Positions 9,961-21,268 of a stretch of DNA of 64,000 bases are shown here, piece after piece. Position 1 is the first letter of the stretch, and each line of letters starts with the position of its first letter. A program made the translations under genes and the position numbers. This DNA is from Microthyrium microscopicum (taxonomy: Eukaryota). The notes beneath the pieces are model-generated. The model saw only the letters and a list, made by a program, of their open reading frames with translations, searched no databases and was not told the origin of the DNA. The stretch spans positions 3,156,401 through 3,220,400 of the forward strand of contig MU004231.1 in assembly GCA_010405405.1 (NCBI GenBank). The letters are read 5' to 3'.

Positions 9961-10085
9961 TTCACCTTAAGCAGAGTATGAGGTGCAATGAGGTAAATTG
10001 AGGTGCCGCGAGTGCGGTTATATAAGCCTGGATACTGGCATGGAGGTGGCCGATATATTCAGTCTGAGCCATGTCAAGAAAGCGA
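9961..10085 (+). ncRNA. Conserved upstream block copy 3
   Basis: Same ordered motifs (ACCTTAAG, GTATGAGGTGCAAT, CCTGGATAC, GGAGGTGG, AGTCTGAGCCAT, AGAAAGCG). TCACCTT(9962-68) pairs with GAGGTGG(10043-49) and AGTAT with ATACT; apical GCCGC-gagt-GCGGT. Confidence 0.4.
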
Positions 10086-11120
10086 TATTTACCCAGCAAG
10101 AGCTCACGTAGATGAGTTAGCTAGGTAAGTCTCATCGTAGGACTCCCACGAAATGCAAAGAAAACGATGTACTTGTGGACACCTGCAAGAGCAATATATG
10201 GTATGAATGGCATTGTCACTCTGGTTTATTGGGAAAGAAGGATCATCACAGATGCTTTGACGAGTATCCGCATGAGAGATTAAGTAAATAATCGCACCTC
10301 TCTGTGAAGGGAAACTGTTCAGTCTAGGTAAATCTCTAAGGTAGTCTTCATGTTTTCATGTCATAGCAAGACATACTTAGTTTGCGTCGTCTCAGCAACA
10401 TCGAGCAATTGATATGGTGTCGCTGAACGCAAACATTCTCTTCAAAGTATGCTAGACATCTCAAGGATATTCCTCTGTCTCAAGCAAACAGGTTCTCCGG
10501 TCCTTGTTCGACATGCTCATTCATTAGGTAAGTCCCCATTCATAAACTCTTCCGCTGTATAAGCCCGATGTGGGACATGTTTCCATATCCTGCCAATGTG
10601 ACATAATGCACGTAAGAACGCCACATGCCTTTCGAGGGAATGGTCAGGGAAGGATCGGGGGAGGAACTGGCCCTGATATCGGTGTGGATCATCGCTATTC
10701 GTCAGAGGAGCTTCGTAGGCCGAGAACGTGGTAGCTGGAGCTGCTGTTGTGGGCAAGACATGACAGCGAGAGCAATCGTTAGTATGAGGCCCTGGGAGGC
10801 GAGTATGCATGTCAAAGCGGCGTGGATATTGACACTTTATGATACAAAAAACTGTGTCTGTAACTTGTCTGCCATTTTAGATGTAGCGAAGTACGATCAC
10901 AGGCTTGCGGCCTTTCAGAACATCAGTCCATTATACAAGACTCGTGCTTCAGTTCTAAAGTGAATTATCCGTGATCACAAAAAAGGAGGCGCACATACGA
11001 TTTCCAAACAGGTGAGTATTTCGCATTCTTCGTGCTAGCAAATAACGAGCTCCGTCCCAAAACGTCCCGTTGCAATACATAAAAGAGTTTAGTGCCATTA
11101 ATATTACGTCCGTCCTACAA

Positions 11121-11887
11121 CTAAGCAAACACATGCACTGTTGTGCCTCCAGACTTCTTCCAGGTAGCAACAGTGACACCGCACTTGCCGCACTTGTGGA
11201 CAACGTCCTTGAAACCGTCTATTAGGTATGGAATGCATGGCATGAGGAGTACGAGGCAGAAACCGAGAGCCCAGAGACTAGAAAGACAGTTAGTTTATGC
11301 GCTACCACTTTATGATATGGTGTATCTTACTGTGTGCAGTCTCCACTGACGCGAGAAGTGTTGGTCATGCCTCTTTGCTTGCAAGATGGGCAATCTATGG
11401 GTGCGCTGGATTCTGAAAGAGTCTGGATTGGCACAGCGCTTTGGAAAACGGAGGTCTGTGGCTGCATCATCACTGGCTGTTGTTGCATCATGTGAGGTTG
11501 CTGGTACGCCATTTGTGGTTGTTGCTGCTGCTGCATCATGGGCTGCTGGTATTGTTGTTGTGGGTGCATCATGGGAGCACCAGTTGGATGACCTTGCATA
11601 GGTTGCTGAGCATACATAGGCTGCTGGCCTTGGGGATAGCCTTGTGGTTGCATTTGAGGGTGCTGCATCTGTGGTGGGTATTGGGGTTGCTGGGCCATAG
11701 GCTGTGGAGTGCCTGGGCCGACCTCAGTGACATATGCTGGTGGTTCTGGCGATGATTGTTAGTGATGATTCTCGCGATAATTTGCGACAGCGCGCAAGAC
11801 CCCTATTCAGCCTGATGAGAGTTTGAAAGTGAAATGGATGTCTTGCGCGTGCGATCATTTAGGAATATACTTACGAGCTTTCTCCAT
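11121..11887 (-). CDS. LITAF-domain zinc-ribbon protein (3 exons: 11887-11875, 11745-11331, 11277-11121)
   Basis: Spliced product MEKAQPPAY…Q/P-rich…APIDCPSC…HLWALGFCLVLLMPCIPY…KDVVHKCGKCG. Two CxxC knuckles flank a hydrophobic stretch and there is an N-terminal PPxY. Introns are canonical GT-AG with ctaac branch points. Confidence 0.9.
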
Positions 11888-12754
11888 TTTGAAACTTGTT
11901 ATTGATTATCGAAGTTAGTTGTATGTACGGACGTTATGTAACGAGTGTGAGGGATGGGGAGAAGTTGCAGAAAGTGGTGGTGGAGTTGGGTCCGACATAT
12001 ACTCTGGACCACCACGCTCGCACAGGAGAATAGAATTGGGTTCCAGCCATTGCGCTAGATAGGAGAAAGCCACGACCCTGAAGTCCGTAGAAAAACGAGG
12101 CTGAGGCTCGTCGCGAAAATGGTGTTGGGCGTGGTATTGACGACTGGGATTGGATGGAGTTGAGGACACTGGCCCCTTGCAGGCCTTTGCAGGACACTAC
12201 TGCTTCCCGTGAGCCTGGATTGGCTTGGACAAGCTCTCGATCAGCCACGCGATGGTGACAGGCGAATAAGGCTCCTATTAAGACGAGAGAAAGGAATATC
12301 CCAGCGCCTGCGTTATGCTTCCTTTGTTAAGACCGTTCGAGAACAGTGGAGGCATCACGCTGCCACAAATCGGGCTAGCCACAACCTCGTTGTACTCCTC
12401 AAGAGATCCCAAGACGTGCAAGTTTCGCGCTCGACCGGTCAAGTTGCTTAAAGAGTCAAACACTGCGCCCCTTTGCGTGAGTTGTGGATATGCGAAGCGA
12501 GAAGTTACAATTTTAATTTAGCAACACTTCTGCGGGGTGAATATGCACCTTCTGAACTGGTCTGTAGTCTTGCAATTCACTCGAGCGGCACGGCTGGGGG
12601 ATCCGACGTCTGTTCATCTTGATCTGGGCCCATTTGATTGAAACATTGATAAGCAGAAACAGATGATGGGAGATTGAATCTCATCAAATATTTAGTCAAT
12701 GAGATTCAGATAAAGCGCCCGTTTCACACCAAGATGCGGCTGAATGGACAAGTA

Positions 12755-14548
12755 ACGTGCCTCACCCAGATCTCGGCCTACCCAGATCTCAGCCACCCCA
12801 AAAAGGAATTTCAGAAATAAACACTGTAGCATAACACAACCAAAACACAATATAATTAAATAATTTAAATTGATAAATTAAGCTTGAGTTTAATGCCTAA
12901 ATCTGCCTTTTTTAGTTTTTTAATAACTCTTGCTAATACAGTTAAAATATTGTTTAACTAGTTTATAGCATAGTTAAGCATAATCTAATTCTTATCGTCC
13001 ATTTTAGCATTATAATTTCTCTTCTTTCTTTAAGCTTATTTAGAAGTAGCAAATAGCATAGCTACTTAGCTTTAAAGAGAAATTACTTGTTATTATAAAG
13101 CATAGTTCTTTACAAAGATCTAGCTTAATTCTTACTAAACTAAGCACATAATAACTCGCTTTAATCTTAGTATAAATAGAAGCCTTTCCAAAGCTAGAAT
13201 TAAAGCCAAAAAAGTCAAAATAGGTATATTTTATATAGGAACTAACTCTTAGGAATTTTCTATTATCTTAGGGATATGTTATAAGACTATATATTGATTA
13301 ATAGGCTAAATTCCTATTACTATAAATAATAAAACGATATTTACCTTTATAAAAGCTAATTTCCTTGCTTCTATATATATTTAAATAAAGATTCTTTTCT
13401 AAATTAGTACTAAAGAAGATTTAAGAAAAGAATAGTTAAGTTAAGTTAAAAATTTGCGTTTTAAAGGTCCAAAAATGTTAACATCTAATAGCTACGTACG
13501 ATAAGAAGAATATAGCAATAAATAGACTAATTAGATATAGTTAATAATATATTTAAAGCGAAACTTAGGCGTAGCATAACTACTATGATTATTATAGATT
13601 AAAATTTACTATTCCTTAGGATTTAAAGGGGCGGTTTACAATATAAAGATAAGATTAAGCTAGTCTTTGCCTAACTAATTTAACGTCTAGCTATTAGTCG
13701 TAGTAATAAAACGATACTTTAAAGATTTAAGTTCTATACGTAAATTTAGTAGGAACTAATAATCTAAGATAGATTTACCTTTATAAATAGCTAGGAAAGA
13801 TATAAGATCTCTAAGAGTAGAGATTATCTCTAAGATTAAGATATTCTTATAACTACTATTCTCTATAATAAAATAGTTACCTTTCTTATAGTTTTTAGTA
13901 GTCTACCTACTTACTATAATTACTTCTTTGCTAGAGATTCCTAAGCACATTCTAGTCTCGTTAAAGTTATAAATATTAGCTAGTTTAACCTTAAGGGATA
14001 AAATTACTCTTTTAAAATAATTAAAATAGTTATTAACAGCATTAAAAGTAGTATCATTAACTCTTTATTTATTAATTCAACGAGCTAGAATACAAACGAC
14101 TTTAGGATTTCTTTATTTAAATAATTAGATCTAATTTTAGCCTAAAAAGGCACTTAGGATTCGCTACTAAAGAATGCCTTAAGTAAAATCTTTAATTTAA
14201 ATATATATAGAAGTACAACTAGCTAATTCCTCACTTTTAATTTAGTTATAAACTTTAGTTTTCTTCGTAATAGAAAGTTTTTAATATAAGGAATATAAGG
14301 TTTTATATAACTCTTATCTAGCAATTTAATCTTAAAGAGTAGATCTTAGAACTCCGTAAGCTTTAGCTACTACACAAACGGACTTATATTCTTAATTTTC
14401 TAAAGCTATAATAGCAGCTTAGATGTCTTCCTCATTCACTATTTAAATTGCAAAAGAAACGCATTTAAATTAGTAGAGTTACAGTAGTATTTAGTTATTT
14501 AGAAAAATGGCCGAGAAGTGGGTTGGCCGAGATCTAGGTAGGGCACGT
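12755..14548 (-). mobile_element. RIP-inactivated Fot1/pogo-type (Tc1/mariner) DNA transposon, 1794 bp
   Basis: ~41-bp imperfect TIRs starting ACGTGCC, with TA duplications at 12753-54 and 14549-50. Minus-strand relic motifs: HTH (AKAYGVLRSTL), YNFNET (from YNFDET) and *LLDVNIFGPLK (from QPLDVGIFGPLK). AT-rich with TAA/TAG stops. Confidence 0.92.
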
Positions 14549-15431
14549 TAATTGGCGCAAATAGAACCGCCAAGAGAGTTGGTTGCCCGACTTGGCTCTT
14601 CAAGTTCCACAGGATTTAGCCTTAGGTAGGCTGAGTTTGGAAAAGGAAAGAGGACAAGATTGAAGTTGATGCACAGCCATAATTACTTAATCTTCCCACT
14701 CTTGACGTTCCATATCGCTTGTTTGGCCGGGAATCAGACATTTTGCAGGCCAGAACAGTCATCTTCCGATTCCATTACTTCACGACCTTCGAGATTGTGT
14801 ACCTCGCGGCTCTATATCACAATCAAACCTTAGTTTCGGCCACAAGCTCTCATCTAGTGCGATGTCTACCATCAAATTCATTGGGCGACATCGCAGTGAT
14901 GGGAGCTCGCTTGTCATTTCATCTATTTGTAACTCTTGAAAAACAACAACCAGAGTACAAAAATGGATGGATATTGATATGGTTATCAAGACCCTTATGA
15001 GCGCTTCTGGTATGGACCAGCATTATAGATAATTGGTAAGGATCGCTCTGTCTGACAGGTCGCCAAGCAGTGCCCTGCAGTGATCTACAAACTGCAGATC
15101 TCGTTTCACTTTTCAGCCTTTCAGCCTTATGCATATTACTTGCAACAGTTCAAGGTTATACGGCTCCACATCATCAATTTTGATCTGAATATATGCAGAA
15201 TTTGGACCGCATTCTGTTCGACAATACCGAAACAATTCCAATCAAAACAATATCATGAACAACAATCTTTCAAACAAGTTCATCTCCACAATTCATCCTC
15301 ACAACATATAACTTTCCAACAAACCATTTTCCAGACATAGATTCCTGCAATTTTTGACCACACATCATCCCAAACGTACCCGACACCCTACCCAATTCTC
15401 CTCTAATATCAGCCTGGGGTTCTCCAACCCC

Positions 15432-15978
15432 CTACATCTCCCTTCGACCTCCACACCCATCCTTCCGCCAAAACCTAACCCTCCCATTCTCATCAACCTC
15501 ACTCTGATCACACGAAAACAAAATCTCCCTCTCACTAACCTCCCGTCCCTCCCACACCACTTCATCCACAACATTCTCTGGACGGCCGCGGCCAGAGTAG
15601 AATTCGTAGCGCCATTGGCCATCGCGGAAGTAGACTTCGCGGATGATCATGATGATGCGTCTTGATTGAGTGAGTGCTGTGGAGGCGGTGGCGTGTGGCC
15701 AGCGGGTGAGGACGATTTGGTTGCGGGTGTATTTTGGGTGGTGGCCGCGCTTTGGGGTTGGTGGTTAGTTGAGGACTGTTGCGAGATGGGGGCTTTAGGG
15801 ATGAGGGTGACGGGAGAAAGTGGGAGGGTCATTTATTAAGGTGTTGGAGGCGGTACTTACGGCGCGGGCGGCGTTTGATGCGTCTCCTCGCGCGAAGCGT
15901 TGCTCTTCGTCTCGGAACTAGGCGGTTAGTGCTGATGGTTGGAAATGGGATAGAGAAGGAGCATACTTCGAGTCCCAT
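15432..15978 (-). CDS. Small hypothetical protein, 128 aa, 3 exons (15978-15967, 15917-15861, 15749-15432)
   Basis: GTATGC…ctaac…TAG and GTAAGT…ctaac…AAG introns join in frame to give MGLEFRDEEQRFARGDASNAARARGHHPKYTRNQIVLTRWP…MIIREVYFRDGQWRYEFYSG…EVSEREILF…. Confidence 0.65.
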
Positions 15979-16889
15979 GGTTGAGAATTCAATTGGTTGT
16001 TTTTGGCAGTTTGCCTGGAGTTGATTCCTATTTTAGGTGATCATGAACCCTTCTTGTTTTCGAATTGATGTTGGAAATTTTGTTTGTCTTTGGATCTTTG
16101 GCGAGTCTTCTGATGGCCAAACCAATGTTTGCTGATTCAATAAGATTGTGATGGAGCAGTACAGGTATATTGTAGTCAGCCAGAAGATATCAGCCCAGTT
16201 GGTGATTTGTATAAATTCGAGAGTGACTTGTCCAAATTTGACAAAACAGGCTTCCTCACTGAATCAGTGATCTTGAGATTATCAGTGGATAATAGTGCTT
16301 TGATAATGAGTATAGGGGAGTGAGGTGATGAAAAGAGTTCTGATTGGCCAATACTCTTGTAGAAGGATACTTGATGTAGTGTCAGATCTTCACATAGTCC
16401 GAGTCGTGATGTCTTGATGAGGAAGCATCATGGACAGCTAAAGGTAGCTGCTAGGTACAGTGAGCGATAAGCTGCTACAGGCTGTAGGATCGGTCGGTGT
16501 TGCTCCAAAGGTATATCTCAATTACATCTTGCTTCTTGGAGATGAATGTCCGCTCTGAGACTGATCTTGGAAGGACCTGAAGAGTAAACTATAGGAGCCA
16601 TCGAGGTATGAGAATAGGCACTTAAGATCGCCTTAGCTTTCTTCAGCTATAGTATCACCTTATCTTCTTTTGTCCTCAAATGAACGAACTTAGTCTTCTC
16701 AAGGTATACAAAGAATACAGTAAGCATAATAAGACCATGAACAGGACAAGACGTCTACACTGCTCAGTCACAGCACTATCCTTCACAACCAAACCAAAAG
16801 ATAAACATACTCGATGTACATAAAAGCGCTAACAAACTACTGTACTTTGAAGTCTTAGAATCTATCCATACATAAAGAGACCAGCCATT

Positions 16890-19800
16890 CTAATAATCCA
16901 CCACTCTCGCCAGCATCCTAACATCCTCTGGCACCTCCTCAACCCCCATAATGCCCAATCCCAGCACATCGCCCCAGAAGAACTTGGCCCGATCAAGACT
17001 ATACGCCAAGTAATCGAACCCTTCGCCTTCCTCGCCATCCTCCTCCTTTTCTTCTGCGGCCACAGGATTGTCGGCGGCAACAATATCATCACTAGCTACA
17101 GCACTCTCCCCAAGCTCAACAACCTCCTTCTTCCCAGCCTCCACGCGTGGTTCCGCACGCGGTGTCGCATCGCCAGTCTCCTCCAGCGGGCTATCTCGTC
17201 TATTCTCTGTACCTTCATCACGCGCACGCAGATACGGGCTCTTTAGATCCTCAAAGGCCGGCATGCCTTCAATCTTGGCTTGCACGATGCCCCACATGAC
17301 CCACTGCGCAGAATTGACACCGCGCCAGATGCGTGTTTCCCAACGCAGTTGATCGAGGAGTGCGCGTCGGGCATCTTCGTCTTCAGGTAGTGGTGGTGGT
17401 TCGCGCAGAGATGCGGCGCTAGATGCTGGCGCAGATGCATTGGAGCTTGGCGCGCGGGCCTCAAGCATAAGAGAGGACAACATGTTGAGAGCGGTGGGTG
17501 TGGAGGAGGACATGTTTGGCGTGGATGGCGGGCTGCCGGCGATGGATGACAAGGAGGCGGTGGAGAGACGGTTTGATGGTGCAGCCGGTGGGAAGGATGG
17601 GCGATGAGAGACATAGGCCGAGAGAAAGTTGTTTTGTTCGGCAGGGGTGGGATATTTGGAGACTGAGCAGGCAAAGGAGGTGTCTGCGTTGTGGTAATCG
17701 TAGCACCATTCAGTAAAGTGATTTGCGAATTCGAGACCGGGGACATTGGCGTTGGCGTATTCAAAGTCAATGACAATGAGACGCTTGTGTTCGTTAGCGG
17801 GCAGTGGGCTACCTCCTTCTTGGATGAGACGTAAAATGTTGCCGTATTGAGCCTGAAAGGTGTAAGCACGTTGTCTTCTATAAATATCACGAATGACCAT
17901 ACATCATTATGAGCAAACACTAATCGATCGTTCACGCCCGATTTTCCATGGTACTGCTCTTCTAGCCACTTTCGATACCGTAGCAAAGCTTCCTTGAAGA
18001 GCTTGAAATCCGAGCCAACAAGATGACCATGTACAGACAAATTCTTAATAGCTGGAGTACTCTTTGCCATCTCTCCTTCAACCCATGCTACAATGCGTTC
18101 ACAGCGTGCCATCCACTTGTCAATATTCTGCCATACAAACGGTCCTGCTTGGATTTCTGCATTGAGGAGTTCTATTCCGTCATGTAGTTCGCGCATCCGT
18201 TTGGCAATCTGTCTGGAGATATCAGGCTTGCTCAACTCCTCTGCATTCAATGGTCTAGCATTGAAAAATTCTTCAAATCTGCCGTTGAGGAATGTACCGA
18301 GGAGGCGTGGACCAATTCGTTTTCGAGCCAACCGCCGCAAAACAGCAAGCTCGCTTTCGCGGTCAATCAGATGATCAACCTGTGCTCCGTAAATGCGAAG
18401 CAGTAGCCTTGCAGGCTTTGATTTCAGTGAAGAGCCAGGTCGGTCTGATGAGGAGCTCTCAGGAATGTCCTTGGGCGGGTTGACTTCGTACACTGCATTT
18501 GTTAACGCACCGCTGAGGCGTTCAACACCAATAGTGTCACTCTTGTCCAGTTCGATCCTACGCCAACCCTTGATCTTGAGAGTATGAGTTAGTCGAACTA
18601 TTTCGTATTTGAACGTTCTCCAAGCATCTTGCTCTCTTGTAGAGTACGAGCGGGTGAGATCTGGTCTAGATTCACTAGCCTCAGTCAGTCCACCAGTATA
18701 CGAGAGGGTTTTACGATTGTCCAAGATAACGTCGCAAGATGGGACTTGGTGCTCGCTTTCGTAGAAATCGGAGTCAGATCCAATGGTAGCGCTCGAGTGT
18801 CTGTTGAGTTTTCGTATGGAATGAGAGCTTTTGTTTGATGCCGCATAATTCGGAGCGAACAAAGTCATATTGCGCTCTAGGATTTCCTGCAGCATGTCGA
18901 GCGCAGTAGAACCTTCTGATTCAGCATCCGAAGGCCTTCTGCTAGATGGAAGAGATGTAACCCCTTCAGCGTTCTCGTCATCCACAACAGCTGATGAGAT
19001 GGAGCTTTCTGTAGGCTGCGGTGCCTCCTTTTTCGGAGCTGGAAGCTTGGCGAGTGTGGCTGCAGCTTTTTTCTTCTGCTTCTTGGAAGATCGACGAGAT
19101 TTCTCCTTCTGGATCCATTTCATAAGGTCACGATACGACAAATGGTAGTGGCGGCCACTGTGGTGACCAGACGTACTTGAAGGTCCAGCTGCTTCTCCAG
19201 CCCGGCTGGCCGCCACCGTAGACGAATATGTAGCGTCATGACCAGATCTTGGTGCAGCTTGAGGAGCAGGTTGCGGAATTTTGAGTAAATCTGCCGGGGT
19301 TCTAGCTCGAAGGAACTCAATAGACGGACGCGAACCGATTCGTCGAATGCTGGCTCGGTACTGCGGTTGTCGCGCTGCAGAAGCCCGAGTATCAAGATTG
19401 AAATTTTGCTCGCTGTCTGTGTCAACTTCCCTGGTAGGACCGGGCATCATGGAACTGATATTGTCCGGTTCGGCAATGGATACAGCTGGACATGGTTAGT
19501 AATGAAGAAAAAGACGAATGGGTGTTTCTCTCTCATAAATAAGGCCAGATGAGCAGTTTTGAAAAGACAATTTTTTAATCAGACGAAGCAGCTGGTGACC
19601 TTGTTAGAGAAGCTATGGGATCTGCAATCTCCAAAGAAATGGTTTAAACTCGATGGGCAATTAGGGTCTCGTTAAGCCGAGAGTAAAGTTGAAGTTGAAC
19701 CCCAAATAAACTCTTGGGACTGGGGAAACTCGATAACTAGATCCTCGAAGCCACCCTTGCTCTTCCAGTTACCAAATAAGTTCATCGTCCGGAGCCATGC

Positions 19801-20090
19801 CTGCGAACACGCGAGAAGAGACCGGCATTCGCAGGATACATCGATATTGAGGGCGAAAATCCCGACAGGCGGGATGAAGAATACACAGATCCGTCTACAT
19901 TGGACTCACTAACCCAGAAGGGACGAGCTGGCGGCTGAACTAACGCGACTTGCCGAAATAGAGACTTACATTTCATGCTGGGGACCCGAGGAGACTGGCC
20001 ATCTATATTGGGCGAAGCCAATGCGGATTTGGGTTTCTGGTGTTCTGTGTGGCTGTCCTGGCCAGGACCGCGGTCCTCCTGAGAAGCCAT
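16890..20090 (-). CDS. Choline/ethanolamine kinase (exons ~20090-19970, 19485-17903, 17852-16890)
   Basis: RLSGALTNAVY, LLLRIYG, GPRLLGTFLNGRFEEF, the spliced Brenner motif FAHND|AQYGNIL, and VIDFEYA…ANHFTEWCYDY. Confidence 0.93.
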
Positions 20091-21268
20091 AGACGCGGAT
20101 TGCGGGGTGCAGGATTGTGTGCAGGAACTCGCGAACAAGTAAGGCTAAGTGGAGGGACTAGCAGATTCAGTTATTCGCAATTATCAGAGTAGATGTCGTG
20201 ATAGCAGTGGAATGGTGTGTAGAGGACCTATACAAAGAGGGGAAGAGAGAGGTTGGAAATGGAGTGAGAAATGTCAAAGGGCAAGCGTGGGGGCAGTGTG
20301 GTCAACTGCAACTGCAACGGCTGGCTGAAACTTGACTTGATGGGAACAATGACGAAGTAAAAGAAAGCGCGACCAGACTTTAAAGGCGCGCTTCCCATCG
20401 CCTACATGTGCCTAATCTTTTGCCTCAAATTGCCAACTATTATTCCACGGTCCGAGCCGTTGGTGCAAGTTCCAGCGTACAGTAAGAAAGGCTGGGGAGC
20501 CTTGTCGAAATAAATTCTGTTTCCTGTTTTCTTGATGGACAGCACAAACAGTTGACAGCATAGCCGCTCTGAGGCTCCCATCATGACTTTTAACAAAAAG
20601 AATACCTCGATATCTAGCGCACGCCGCATTGGATAAATGGTCAAGAAATATCATCGCACTCGATAATAGAATATAGCTTATGGGAGCCAGCGAAGCTGAT
20701 GGGAGCACAACATGCATTTTGCTCACCGGTTGATAGCAGCTGTCAACAAAGGTAAGTTATATGGGAACACAACTCTTGTATTACCAATCTACAAATGATC
20801 GTTCCACCCCTTAATTTATCTTTAAAGCAAGCAGCTTCAATAAAACTATCATCTGAGCCAAATATCATAATTGCCATCCATACAAACATTTTTCTCGGTA
20901 TTCAGAGATTCTATGTCTGCTTATGCTTTATTATCCGACGCTTTATGATGAGCCAAAAAAGGTGTTTACAGGCTCTCATAACTTTGCTTATATTACTTGT
21001 CTATTGTATACATTACTACATATGTGAGCATGGTCAAAATGGAGGAATACTGCTATATTCTAGTGTAATCATATATAATAATGCAGAATGTTCAAATGCA
21101 ACCAACATATATCCACCCACTGGGAATCATGTACTCTAAAAATGTGTATATCATGCCGTGAAAACGTTAATGCAACATCCCACATCGACATCAATCCGCT
21201 AACGCCCACAATGCAACACAGTACAGAATCAGCCAAAAGCCAATCCAGACATGTATAATCCATACCCT

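Noticed and set aside
10517..10963. Overlapping ORFs 10517-10810 (-) and 10625-10963 (+) as a fourth paralogue or gene
   Set aside because: No trace of the shared core, motifs or upstream block, and no recognisable domain.
19486..19969. 484-nt first intron of choline kinase as host of an ncRNA or alternative exon
   Set aside because: No C/D or H/ACA pattern or convincing in-frame exon could be identified by eye.
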